Shown: positions 14,016 through 26,628, counted from the whole stretch's first letter. The stretch: DNA of 63,899 nt, filler included, from Ministeria vibrans ATCC 50519 (GCA_943704425.1; 5 parts of 5 records of this genome joined end to end with filler, not necessarily neighbours in it); one strand, 5' to 3'. Numbers and translations are program-made. Notes: generated by a model not told the origin, from the letters alone.

Positions 14016-15510
14016 TCTTTGTGGTGCGTGTGTGTGCCTTTGTGGTGTGTGTGTGTGTGTGTGTGTGACTGAGTGCGTACGTTTGCCCTTGGATGTAGAT
14101 TCTTCTGTCGTGAAGTGGCTGACGATCATAAGTACCGCTTCAGCCAGAGTGGACTGTACTATGCACCGCCCAAGGGAGACCATGCCACCTTTGTTGAGTA
14201 TATTCAAAGTCTGCCGACCACTCAATCACCTGAAGTAAGAACTTTATTGCATTGCCCATGGAGTGATTGTACAATTTGACAATGATTGTTTGTGTCTCTC
14301 TTTGCACAGCTGTTTGGAATGCACGACAATGCGGACATATCTCGGGAGCTTAACGAGACGACTCAGCTCACGGAGAGTCTTCTTCTCACGCAACAGGGCT
14401 CTGCAACTGCCTCACTCACCACCCTGTCGTCCACTGAGACGACTGAGTCTGCTTTGCACGACATTTGCGAGCGGATTTTGTCGCAGATTCCCGCCGAGTA
14501 CAATGTGACGCTGGCAATGGAGCGCTATCCGGTGTGCTACCAGGAGAGCATGAACACAGTGCTTGTGCAGGAGCTTATTCGCTACAATCGACTTATCGCG
14601 GTCATTCGACGAACGCTCTGTGATGTCCAGCGGGCTCAAAAGGGCTTAATTCTTATGTCAAGCGAACTCGAAGATGTAACAAGGACAAAGTGCGAGAGAG
14701 GGCGATATAATAACTCCTTGTCTGGGTGCTCTTTGGGTGTAGGTCGCGCGCTCACTGTTGACAGGCAAGATTCCACAGAGTTGGGGGAAACAGTCTTATC
14801 CGAGTCTGAAGCCATTGGGCGCGTATGTGGCGGATTTGCGCGACAGGCTGTCCTTCCTTCAAGTAAGCGCGCTGCACACCATGAGAAAGTTGCTTGACTG
14901 GCATGGGTTTGATGATAGGACTGGATTGATAAAGGAGCGCCTGCCGTGTACTGGATCAGCGGGTTCTTCTTTACACAGTCGTTCCTGACGGGCGCACTGC
15001 AGAACTACGCGCGAGCACACAAGGTCGCCATTGACACGTTCACTTTTGCCTTTGAGGTGTTGAGCGACGCATCCGCCTCTGACCCTTCCTCGTGGCCGCA
15101 GCAAGGGCCGTCGCTTGACGCGGGCGGAGGCGTCTTTGTCCACGGGTTGTTCCTTGACGGTGCGCGCTGGGACGCGCAAAAGGGAGTGCTGGCCGAGCAG
15201 CATGCCAAAGAACTTTTTGCTCCCCTGCCCGTCCTCCGTTTCCGCCCCTGCGCCAAGGCTGACTTGAACCGCACCAACACATACACAGCTCCCGTTTACA
15301 AGGTATGCCGCAGCCATGGTCATTCAGCCAACACTCACTCACTGTCACTTGTGTGCTCTCCCATTCGTCTAGACGGCCGCTCGTCGTGGCTCTCTCTCGA
15401 CGACGGGCCACAGTACCAACTTTGTACTGCCCATCTTCCTTCTGTCAGATCAGCCCGAACGCCACTGGATTCGTCGTGGTGTCGCCTGTCTCTGTTCTCT
15501 TTCCTATTAA
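715..15510 (+). CDS. DNAH12: Axonemal inner-arm dynein heavy chain, DNAH12-like, multi-exon
   Basis: AAA1 P-loop [30 protein letters not shown]3 [11 protein letters not shown]4 [14 protein letters not shown], stalk/MTBD, C-terminus [10 protein letters not shown]...[11 protein letters not shown]; [24 protein letters not shown] resembles DNAH12 as recalled. About 20 GT-AG introns traced by eye; first coding exon appears to be ATGA (715-718); stop TAA 15508-15510. Confidence 0.93.
13744..14070. repeat. Intronic compound (GT)n microsatellite; other intronic simple repeats at 5968-6049 (AAT), 19971-20059 (CT), 38328-38403 (CA), 45108-45200 (TTC), 56109-56430 (TTA), 57750-57865 (AAT)
   Basis: Simple repeats seen directly, within inferred introns or at contig ends. 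Confidence 0.95.
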
Positions 15511-15551
15511 ACTTTTGCGTGTGTGTTTTTGTGTTTTCTGTACAATAACAT

Positions 15552-16715
15552 TCACAAGGAATTGAGCTTTGCTCTCACAAAACGAAAAATGTAACGACCC
15601 TTCTCAAACAGAGTCAGTGCGAAGCGCAAAGGATCCGCAGCGGCCGTCGACTGATTGAGGGACAGCCAGAGTCGCAGCAAGTGGCGTCTGCGGTCGGCTG
15701 CGTCGTGGTAGGCGGCGCGCGAGTGCAGCACGACGTGGTTTGAGATGAGCTGGATGTCGCCGCGCTCGAAGCGCATGGCGAGGGCGAATGTCGGGTCGTG
15801 GGCAATGTCGCGCACGGTGCGGATAAGAGCGTCGTGAAGAGGACTCAGTGGAGGTGCGTTAGGGTAGTCGTGTGCTGTGCGGAAGTATTCGACGTGGAAG
15901 AAGGTGCTCAGTCGACCGTTGAAGAGACGCGCAGGCTCGACAGGAAAGTAATCCACTCCGCCCGTGCCTCGCGTGTCGAGTAGCATGGGCTCAAACAGCG
16001 CGGCCGCTAGCGTCTTGTTGCGGCGCCACAGTTCGTTGTAGACACTGATGGACGACGCGAGCTTCGACTCGCCTCCTTCCATGGCCGTCTCAAGGCACAG
16101 CAGGCCGACCACATCGGCGGCGTCACAGTGGAAATCAATCGCCTCTCTTGTCCGATACTGCCGCACAGTGCCCAACGGCGGTGCATCCATGCCATGGAAT
16201 TCGTTGATCACGTTGCCCAGGAGGTCGTCGGCGTTGTTCTGCGCGCCCGGCTGTCCGAGAAGCGCACCAAGGCACCAGAAGAAGCGTTGGCTCTGCTCCA
16301 ACGACCACCGGTCGATGGGCACGCGGCGAATCAGAGAGACCCCAAGCCCGTCCACTGACAGTTCATGCTGCAGACGTTCTGTCAGGGAGAGGAGCCAGGC
16401 AGGCGCAGCTGCGCGGCATTTCTCCGCGCTGAGCGAGCGGAGTGTGTCCAGCGAACCAACCATCTGCAGCAACGCTGCTTGCTGCTCATCGCTGAATGAT
16501 GTTTGCCACGCACTCGTGTTGCTGTGCATTTCGTCGCTCAGCCAGGCGGCGCGCAGGGCAAACGGCGCAGGAGGCCAGTGCGAACTTGGAAGGTGAGGAC
16601 GAGCAAAGTAGTGAATGGACTGGGAAGTGACCGTCTTGTGCTCCTGCTGCTGCTGTGCGCCAAGTATGATAGCCAGTGCAGCAATGGAAACGACGAGCAC
16701 GCTTCTTCTCCCCAT
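15552..16715 (-). CDS. TauD/TfdA-like Fe(II)/2-oxoglutarate dioxygenase with N-terminal signal peptide, intronless
   Basis: HxD motif DFHCDAADVVGLLCL, GGESKLASS, GDIQLISNHVVLHSRAAY, RHLLRLWL; hydrophobic N-terminus VLVVSIAALAIILGA. Confidence 0.85.
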   Translation of the reverse strand: MGRRSVLVVSIAALAIILGAQQQQEHKTVTSQSIHYFARPHLPSSHWPPAPFALRAAWLSDEMHSNTSAWQTSFSDEQQAALLQMVGSLDTLRSLSAEKCRAAAPAWLLSLTERLQHELSVDGLGVSLIRRVPIDRWSLEQSQRFFWCLGALLGQPGAQNNADDLLGNVINEFHGMDAPPLGTVRQYRTREAIDFHCDAADVVGLLCLETAMEGGESKLASSISVYNELWRRNKTLAAALFEPMLLDTRGTGGVDYFPVEPARLFNGRLSTFFHVEYFRTAHDYPNAPPLSPLHDALIRTVRDIAHDPTFALAMRFERGDIQLISNHVVLHSRAAYHDAADRRRHLLRLWLSLNQSTAAADPLRFALTLFEKGRYIFRFVRAKLNSL

Positions 16716-16863
16716 GATGGTCAGAAAGAGAAAAAAAAAATGTGTGTATGACTGTGTGTGTGAAAATGTTGATCAAAAAGGTTTCAAATTCAAATCACCT
16801 CTTCTCGTCTTTCTCGAACAGTTCTATTTGCCTCTTTACCCGCTCGCAAGTGCACCCATTGCC

Positions 16864-19197
16864 ATGACGACCCTTCTGGACGAGAAACAGACGCTCCTGG
16901 CGTGCCAGGCTCTCCTGCAACATGTTGAAAAGGTATCCTTCACATTTCCACGTGTATCGAACTTCTTGCCCGATTTCCGCCCCTGCGACTTGCCCGTGTT
17001 GCACTACTGCGTGCACTGTGCCTGTGGCAAGTGGAATTTAGTCGGGAAAATGTCTTGGATGGACAATTGCAAAGCATTCATTCACTTTCATTTTGGGCCT
17101 TTCACTGACGCTCGTGCTCTCCTCCTTAGGCATCCAAGGACAAGCTCTTCGACGACGCCGAGTACATCAACATGACGTTTGCTCTGAAGAAGATCCCGCC
17201 GCCCCGCTCGCGCCCTTTGGCCTTGTACCGAAGCACAAAACTGTCAAACATTCATTTTTCTCATGACGACGTGTGTGTCTTTCTCCCTTCTCTCTCTCTC
17301 AGCCCCTTGCCCCACTCCCTGTACGGCGACGACGCCGAGATGTGTGTTATTGTGCGCGATCCACCGGCTGGCAAGAGTGACGACCACTTCCTTCCTACAG
17401 AGGCACTGCCGCCAAACACGAAGGTTAGCAAACGACTGACTCATAATTTTGATCACACCACTCATATGATGACGGCCCTTACCTGTGTAGTCTATGACTC
17501 TGACGCACTTGCGAAAGCACTACTCCACCTACGAGTTGAAACGCCAACTCGCACAGCTGTACGATCTCTTCCTCGCCGACGCTGCCATCATTCCGGCTCT
17601 CCCGCGACTCTGCGGAAAGGCCTTTTACGACAAGAAAAAGTAAACCTTGAACGCAAGCCCACCTTCTCTTGTACTGACGCATACTGGTTTGATTGCTCTT
17701 TATTTGTTTTGCTAGGCAACCGGTGCCTGTCCTGTTGCAAGGCGACATTGAGCAGAAATTGATTCGAGCACGCGACTCCACCTATCTGTACATCACAGGA
17801 GGCTCATGCTGGTACACACACGCCATAAAGACACGCACGCCACTCACTTTATATATGCGTATAGTTCTGTGAAAGTTGGCCTGACAAACCAGACGGCGGC
17901 GGAAGTGTGTGCGAATGTGATGGCGGCGGCAGCGGGATTTGCAGGAGCGATGCCGCATGGATGGGCACTGGTGCAGTCGGTGCATCTCAAGACGCCCGAA
18001 TCGGTTGCACTGCCCGTGTTTATGTCGCGCCTCAGTGCTGATGATGCTCTGCCGACCGATGCACTGTGGCCGGCGCAGGAGGCAAACCGGAAGAAGCGCC
18101 TGGCGGAAGCAGAGGAGACGGAGGGTCAGCAGCAGAAGAAGAAGAAGGCGAAGAAGCAGAAGAAGACGGAGATCACGGTGGCAAAACCGACGACAGCAGC
18201 CTCATCCACAACAGTAGCACCCAAGAAGGCGAAAAAGCGCAGTGCTGAAGAGGCAGTGGAGGAGAAAGTCAAGGCGACACCTGTTGCTGTTGCAACAGCA
18301 ACGCCCGTCTCAGCAAAGAAGAAGCAGAAGAAGACCACGACTACTACTACTACTACTACTACTACTGATGCTGCTGCTGCTGCAACGGCCACGCCCCTTG
18401 CAACGCCCACTAAGACTGCGTCGCCGGCTCTCACGCGCTCGGGTCTTGCGAAAAAGATTGCGACGCCCAGCAAGATGAAGAAGACACCCGACACACCCAA
18501 GGCAGTGCAGGAGACGCCCGCGATTGAGAAGGCAGTGCAGGAGACGCCCGCGACTGAGACGGCGGTGAAGACGCCCAAGAAGACGCCCAAGAAGAAAACT
18601 ATCGAGGCGAGCAAGACACCGTCGAAGGAGGCGAGCAAGACACCATCAAAGGAGAGCGCACTGGAGACGAAGAAGAGCGACGAAGCAATCACCGCAACGC
18701 CCAAGAAGACGCCCAAGAAGAAGACTGTTGAGGCGAGCAAGACACCGTCGAAGGAGAGCGCACCTAAAACTCCCAAGGCGAAGAAGAGCGATGACGCAGT
18801 CGCTGCAACGCCCAAGAAGACAGCCGAGGCGAGCAAGACACCGTCGAAGGAAAGCGCACCCAAGACACCTAAGACGAAGAAGAGCGATGACGCAGTCGCT
18901 GCAACGCCCAAGAAGACTCCCAAGAAGAAGCAGGCGGCAGTTCCGGTGGCAGAGGCAGCGGCCCCATTGCCGCAGGAGCAGCAGAAGAGCGTCGCACCAG
19001 AAGAGCCGACGCCCAGCAAGACAGCCAACAAGAAGACACCCAAGAAGGCAGCGACGCCCGCCGCAACGCCCAAGTCTACTAAGAAAGCCAAGACGGTCGT
19101 CTCCACTGCCAGTGCGAGTGCCTCTCCCGCCAAACCGTCCCCACCCGCCACCCGCGCCCGCCAGGCCGCCAAGCGCGCCGCCACCCCCAAGAAATAA
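16864..19197 (+). CDS. RSL1D1: Ribosomal L1 domain-containing protein (RSL1D1/Cic1/Utp30 family) with long K/T/P-rich tail
   Basis: Spliced exons give QALLQHVEK, PLPHSLYGDDAEMCVIVRDP, YELKRQLAQLYDLFLADAAIIPALPRLCGKAFYDKK, SVKVGLTNQTAAEVCANV, VQSVHLKTPESVALPVF, then a TPKK-repeat tail. Confidence 0.85.
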
Positions 19198-19226
19198 AGT
19201 TGACTTTGTTGTTCTTGTTTACTTTC

Positions 19227-19970
19227 TTATACAATGCCCCAACGGTCTTCAAATGCACCGCACACTTTGGCACAGACAAGACTGGCACTTAGAGGATACT
19301 CGCTGATGCTCACTGCCTCGTCTGTGTACGTCCACGTCTCCTTACCGTGTGCCATTGCCCCAATCACAACCACAATGGGTGTGTCGTCAGGTAGACTCGC
19401 TGCCCAGTCTCGTGCGTGCATGCATTTGTCCGCTTGATCACTCATCGCTATAGAGAGACGCAGAGAGAAGAAGCGAAAACTGCGTTCAGTCCGACTGTAC
19501 TGTGCTGTTGTTCTCACCAATCTTTCTACACCCCGGTGGGAGATGATCTGTCACAGGGCATTTGATGACTTTGAGCAGCTTGTCAGGGCCATCCTTGGCA
19601 CGAATACTGAGTTTGTGCAACAGTTGCACTGTAAGAAAGTGTGAGTGGAGAGGGTATTACTTTGTTTCTTTCTCCCTCCCCTCTCTACCACTTTGTTTCT
19701 TTCTCCTCTCTCTATCACTTTCTTTCTCCCCCCTCTCTCTATCACTTTGTTTCTTTCTCCTCTCTCTATCACTTTGTTTCTTCTCTCTATCACTTTCTCC
19801 TCTCTCTATCACTTTGTTTCTTTCTCCTCTCTCTATCACTTTGTTTCTTTCTCCTCTCTCTATCACTTTGTTTCTTTCTCCTCTCTCTATCACTTTGTTT
19901 CTTTCTCCCTTCTCTCTCTCTCTCTCGCTCTCTCTGNNNNNNNNNNNNNNNNNNNNNNNNNNNNNNNNNN

Positions 19971-20062
<92 letters not shown>

Positions 20063-20632
20063 ATCGTTACACATGAGTCCAGAGAAGCGCTTGAACGTTC
20101 TGGGAATCCTCGTGTGAGGGTTCACCTGAGAGAGAAAGAGGCGTGACGAAATGAGACAACACAAGAGGGAGAGTGACGAGACAGCGTGTTCTGCTTTCCC
20201 ACCTCAATCAAAACGTTTTTCGTCGTCTTGACAAACACCTGGAGTCGTCCCGCCTTGTTCAGCGGGCTGTCGAGCAATGACATCAGACACTGGTGTGTGA
20301 TGTCAGGTCGGACCTCCGAAATGTCGCGCTTGTTCTTCTGCAGAAGTGTTTTGTGGTCGTCGCAGTTGAGCAACTGAAATTCTTTTCCGACCTAACAGCA
20401 AAACAAGCAGGACCATCAGCACCCTGATCAGCGTACATCCACAAGAACACCCCCTCCAGTCGCATCCAGTGCGTCGCGTGGGCCATTGGCGCCTGCAAGA
20501 CTGTCTCGCGTGGGCGAACGAGAATCGTACTTTGCCGCTTTCAAGCGATGCTTCCTCCAACACAACAATCAATCGTTTGTTGACATCCTGCGACTCTTTC
20601 GAGTCACTCGGACGTGCTCCCAGGCGGCTCAT
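19227..20632 (-). CDS. EMG1: rRNA small subunit pseudouridine methyltransferase NEP1/EMG1, multi-exon
   Basis: [98 protein letters not shown]. Confidence 0.95.
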
Positions 20633-20897
20633 GAGAAAAGGTATTAAATTGTGTGAATTGTGAATTGTGAAAATTGAAATTGATTTCATTGATCTCATAT
20701 ACAAAAAGTCTCATATGAATCAGAGAGAGTAAAGAGTGTGTGAAACAATACTTCCAAAAAAAAGTGTGCATAGACGAAAGACCCACAAATACGCTCTCGC
20801 AGAAAGTGTACGATTTAAAACACACAACAAACAAACAAAAATGATTCAAAAATTATAAGAAAAATCGTAATAAAAAAAAACAATAATACAATACTTT

Positions 20898-23800
20898 TTA
20901 TGCATGAGCACCCCTCGTCGAGTAAGGACTCGTAATGACATTATTCGACAGCGGCACATACTGCTCGCTGTCGTGGAGATCCTTCTTGGATGACGAGACT
21001 AGCTCACCAAACTCAATGGAGGAGAGCACGCTGGCATTCGAGGCGGAGGCACAGGCGGCGGCGTGACGCGCCGAGTAGCGACGACGGCGCTCAAAGGCGC
21101 CCTTGCGGTGGTGACGCCATGCCACGTACCCCACAATAGCCAAAATCAAAAGTCCAATGGCTGCACCGACGCCTGCGCCAATGGCTGCCATCGAGGACGA
21201 CTGTGCGTCCGCCTGGCCCGCACTGTCCGACGGACAGGTACACTCCACCTCTTCCGCAAGGTTCATCTCGCCCACACACACTCCGCCATTCTCGGCCGTG
21301 ACCACAACGTAGCGCGACCGTGAACTCGCACAGCCACTGGTCATACCCGAGGCGCCTCCCGTCGACAGCACCGCACTGCAGTCGCTCCAAGTCGTCCACG
21401 ACGAGAGCACACAGTCGCGCGGTGCATTCACCTGACAAGTGGTCACGCGCGTCTGGCGCCACACACCCTCGTTGGTGCACACAAGCGAGTCGTCGCCCAC
21501 CAGAATAAGGCTGTTGTTGCACGAGACGAGGCAGTGGTCGCCGACATCTTGTCCGGTACACGAGACGACACTGAGCTCGGGTGCCGCCGGTGCGTTCAGG
21601 CACTGCGACACAGTGCAGTTAGGCAGCAGCGTGGGTTCCCACTCGCCCGAGGTCGCATTGCACACGCGCTCGGCGCTCCCTTGCAAGTCGGTGGCCGACG
21701 GACACGAGTAGGCGCACTCATAAAGCTCATTGCGGAGCGCATTGACCACACACGTCTGCTCAAGGCCGTCGGGAAGCGACGCGGGCAGCGTGCATGGAAT
21801 GGACGAACAGGTGGAAGGTGCCAGCACCTCGCCGGTCGTCACTGCGCGCCACGTGCCGTCGCCTGAGCACACACGCATGGGCACACCATCCATGGCATAG
21901 CCGGCGTTGCACGTGTACACACATCGCTCGCCCACGTCCGTTCCCTCGCACTCCACACCTCCGTTGGCTATGCCTGCAGGCGGGGTACACTCAACGGCGT
22001 TGGCTACGCAACGCCCTTCGTCGTTAGGAAAGAGCGACAGGTCGCTGCACACCGTGCCAATGTCAGTGTCTTGGCGCAGCGCAGCCGCACCCGAGCAGCG
22101 CTCGTGAATAGCCACGGTACACGCCGAGTATGAGTGTGGCAATGACGCGTTGCTCAGCAGACCGCCAACGCGGTTGCACGCCACCACATCCTTGGCAGTC
22201 ACATTGCACTGCGAATAGTCGTAGGTCTCGTTAGCGGCACACGAGCTGCCCGCACACCCTAGGTACGCCGTGGGGTTGGCCGTGGGCAAGACGTGCTTCG
22301 ATAGGAACGGCTTCAGGTTGCTCGGCGGCACCACCACGCGTCCAGCGAGCGTGGATGACGACAAGGCCGAGTTGTATAGCATCACACTCGCAAGTTCGCC
22401 GCGGAACAATGCCGGCTCGAGTTGCGCAACGAGACGCGACAGGTCAGCCCCAGCCGTCGAGTACAGGGTCGCCACTTGTGCATCGCTCATGTTTGTGTGC
22501 CACACTGCAAGTTCGTCCAGCAGGGCCGTAGTGTACTGCCAAGTGTACGAGTTCCAAGGGAACGTGTTCCACGGCATCATGGCCACACGATTCGCCGCGT
22601 ACGAGTACGAGCCGGCCGAGCCGGTCACGTCTTCGCCCACACGAACACCGTTGTCGTAGGCACGTAGGCCCGATGCGTGCGAATAGGTCAGCACATAGTG
22701 GTGCCAGTCGCCATCGTTCGAGAGCGTGTACGAGATGCCGTACGAGCGCGTGGTTGTCTTCAAATAGAAGCCGGTCTTGTATATTTGTACACCACCGCGG
22801 CTGCTAGAGTAGGGCTCGCCACCGTTAAGAATGTAGCGGCCCGTCGAGGTCTTTTTGAGCCAGAGCGAGACAGTCAGACCCGACTCTGCGCACATGTGCG
22901 GCCGCACGAGGCACTCGCTTTCGGGCCATGACATTCCGTACACGGGCGAACGGCCCACGCCTATGGAAATACAGGCGCCCTTGCCGCGGACGCATTCGTT
23001 GGCGGGGCGCAAAAAGGTACCACCACCATTGCCGGCAGGAGGACCCACCGACCAGGCACTGGCGGGTTGCGAGCGTGCGGAGCCCAGGTCGGGGATGCCG
23101 TTGAGTGGGTAGTCGCTAGCAGCGCTGTCGCGCATCCGATCAAACGACCAGTAGTGGCGTGGCTCAGGAACACCCGCGGGCATTTGCGAGCCGACCACCG
23201 CTGTTTGGAGCGTACTGCCGGCGTTGTCGTTAAAACCAAGAAAAAGCGGCAGCGATTCGGTGTTGCTGACGGAGGCGCCGGCAAGGTCGACGGCACTGTC
23301 AAAGACACCGTTGAGGTAAAAGCGTGCCGTCTGCGTGTCCCACGTGACTGCAACGTGGGTCCATACGTTGACCGAGACTCGTCCACGAGACACGGCCGCC
23401 AGCGACGTGTCGGACAAGGTGAGACGCAGACGTGCCGTGTCGTCAAAGGTCAGTGCAAAGTCTTGAGTGCCAGTGCCATCACCACTTGAACGCACCACAA
23501 TGCCGGCAAACGGCTGAATGTGTGAGTCGGGCTTGACCCACGCCTCAATGGTCATGTTGCCCGCGGCACTGGGCATTTTCTCACAGTTGGTGCGGAAACG
23601 AAGAACGCTGCTCGCCTGCGAGCCGCGCAGACGCACTGCACCCGTGTTCTCCACGCCGGCCAGAGCGGGAAACTGCGAAAGAGGCCCCTCGCGACCTGCC
23701 ACAATGCCCGATGTTCCGTACACGCGTGCGTCGTACTCCTCGAGCGAGTGTCCATTGTCCGAGCTGTCGACAATGCCCGACGACTCGAAGGTGCCCCAAA

Positions 23801-26602
23801 AGAGTGGCGCACCCGCCAGGATACCCTGGCGATAACGCATCGTGACGCTTCCTCCATCAATCTTCCACAGGTCAAACATGGGCGTGAGGTCCCGACCTGT
23901 CTCAAGCGACCACAGCACAAGAAGACGCGAGCGCTTTTCTTCGTCTGTTGTCGAGGACGGCATCAGATGGCTTCGTGCAAAGGCGCGTTGCAGCGACTCC
24001 CAGGTGAATGCTTCGACAATTTGATTGAAAAAAGCCAGACGTTCAAAAAAGCCAAAGTCGGCAAAAATCGAGTTGGTCGTGGTAAGGGGTGCCGTGTAGG
24101 ACGACGGAAAGCAGCGCGAGTTGACTGACCCCGTCACACTGTACCCGTGACACACAAACACGTTGGTGACCACCTCGACAGTTCCCGAGAACATGATGCT
24201 CAGTGCTCCCTCCGCATTGTGTCCGAGCTCGTGGCACACTACACAAATATGATATATGAGAAAGACTTCTCCGAGGATTTTTATATGTAAATTTCCTACC
24301 TCCCCACGAACCCGAGTCATAGAGAACAGCGGCATCAAAGACGACAATGTATGTTGGCAGGTTGCTGTTGACACCTAGCTCTTGAGACATGATGGGGTAA
24401 CCGCTGTGCAGGTAGCCTACGCTAATCTGATAGTCATGGACGATGATGTTGATGCGGCGCGGCCAGGCAAGGCCACGAAGCACCTCGTAGGTGGGCACGA
24501 TCTCGTCCCAGAAGGCGGCGGACGCTTCGAGCTCGGCAAACGAACGAGAGCAGAGTGTGGGACGCGGCACAAAGAAATGCAGCAGTGAGCTTTCGTACGA
24601 GGCAAAGGGTGCAGCGGCGTTGGCACACGAGGCATTGTACGCAGCCTCATCGGTGACACCCTGCTGGAAGCGCGCCATGGGCACGACATTGTCGAGGCCC
24701 AGCGTGAGCGTCACCAGTGGAAGAGTGTCCAGGACGGAGTCGGGGAAATCGAGGAGGACAGGACCGCCATGAGAGAAGGCAAGCTGTGTCACATTGGCAG
24801 TGAGCGCAGCGCTGGCGTAGAGCGAGGAAGGAGTGCGCGACCAGGAATCCTTGTCACTGGTGACAAACTGGTCTCGATTGATGCCAATAACAATGGACAT
24901 GCCCATGGCGAGGAACTCGTTGGCGATGCGCACCGTGATGGTGTCGCCTGGTTTGGCCCACCAGCCGGTGAACTGGAAGCGTGCGGCGCGCGTTGAAATG
25001 GCCACGTTGACATTGAAGACGGGCGTAGCATCGTACAGAGCATCAGCGAGTCCGTGACTGTCGAGACCGGGAAAGTGGCGGGCAGCGGGAGCGGCAGGTG
25101 CAACCGACTCAGACGACGCAATGGGGTACAGTAGCATGCAAAGCTTGACAGCGCCACCAGGGACCACGGGAAAGTTGTAGGTGACCGAGCTGCAAACGCC
25201 CGAGTTGAGCACGGTCAACATGTCCTGTTGAATCTCGACCGGTGTGTCGTCCTTGTTGCGCGACTTCATCAGACTGATGGATGACGTAAAGAGCGCCGTG
25301 TCCACATAGGCCGTGTCCCACCCTTGCACTCCGTGACCGTTGACCACTTTGTGATTCAGGTATGCAATCTGCAGTGCAATGCTGGTTTTGATGGGCGACT
25401 CACTTGTCGGCAGACCATACTAAAAGAAAGGAGGAAAAAAGAGGATTAAAATTCTTTTGGTTTCTTCTCTTCTTTTTACAGAGCCTGTGTTCCAATAGCG
25501 ACAGCAAAAGTAGACGCCTGAGTCTTGCATGATGCGGTTGGGGCCCCAAGTGACGCAGCTGCCGCCAACCCACTTGCCCGAGGCGGCGAGGAAGAGTGAG
25601 CCGCCCGAGAGAAGCCAGGCACGCACAATGACGGCGTTGGCGGCACTCACGTGTGAGTGAGTGCCTGTCAGGACTAAGAGGTCCGCTTGCGGCAGCCATG
25701 TGTCAAGGTTGCTCTGCCCAGCATAAATGACGACGAGCGTGCGACCGAGCGAGGCGAATGCGTCGACCATGGTGCCGTTCCAGAAGGACAGGAGTGAGGT
25801 GGAGCCCACGACGACACGTACTGTATCACGGCTGTGCGAGAGCCACTGTGTGGAGTCGACAAAGAATGGTAAATCAGCACCAAGACCCGAAGCAAAGTCA
25901 CGATGGGCAAAGGCAAGGGCTCGACCTGAGCCGGCTGTGGTGGCCACGGCGGCGGGCCAACGCGAGCCACTCCAGTCCACTTCGAAGACGGACGATGCGT
26001 TGGTGGTGGACAACACCATCAAGTTGACTTGGTAGTTACTCGACCAGTTGTCATTGAGTTGCATTGCCGAAGGTGGTGGGAACGTCCCATACTGCACAAA
26101 AAATTAGTATATTTGAGAGTGGTACAACAAAAGACTGTTAACAGCTTACTGTGACATTGCGCGTGAATGCGTACGCCTCAGAGTAGAGCTGAGGTGGGAA
26201 AATGTCGTCGGTTGGGCATTGATTGGGGCCGAGAGTAGATGGGACGGTTTCGCTTGCGTTGCGTGACGCCAGGTAGGCACCCTTGGCGGGCAGGTAGGCG
26301 TTTCCATTGGCGGTCAGAGCAAAGCGAGTGGTGAACGAGACATCGTAGACAGAGGCGCGGTAGGCAAAGGCAAGGGCACCCGTCGTCGTGGCACACATGC
26401 GCCATCGGCCAACGGTGATCGTGCTGGGGAAGTCGGTGGACACGCACGAGCCAACCACAGCTGAGAGTGCCGCCTCCACACCTCCCTCGGCGTACCCAGC
26501 AAAATCCCCGCCGCCGATCCACAGCGCGCCGCTGGTGCTGATCCACATGGCAGTTTCCTCGCCATCAATAAAGGCGAGCGTCTTCGACGACGTCTCACAA
26601 AT
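20898..26602 (-). CDS. Type I membrane protein: TCAF/FAM115-like region + peptidase M60 (HELGH) + 2 LamG/ConA-like + 3 Sushi/CCP + TSP1 + TM; 5'-truncated at contig end
   Basis: Spliced SWGVCHELGHN...GTVEVVTN zincin motif preceded by DYQISVGYLHSGYPI and FTGWWAKPG (M60-like); MTIEAWVKP...WTHVAVTWD and LTVSLWLK...WHHYVLTY (LamG); C-P...C.YTCNAGY...RVC...GTW (Sushi); CVLSSWTTWSDCS...RSRYV (TSP1); TM AIGAGVGAAIGLLILAIVGYVAW followed by RHHRK. Confidence 0.8.
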
Positions 26603-26628
26603 CTGAAACGAAGAGAATACGAAAAAAA

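Noticed and set aside
13497-14238. ORFs of CV/HT/SL/RE/poly-I/poly-N repeats here and at 19562-20164, 37261-37786, 56195-56443, 57702-58111
   Set aside because: Translations of intronic microsatellites.
18126-19190. 354-aa hydrophobic antisense ORF
   Set aside because: Shadow of the Lys/Thr/Pro-rich RSL1D1 tail on the opposite strand.
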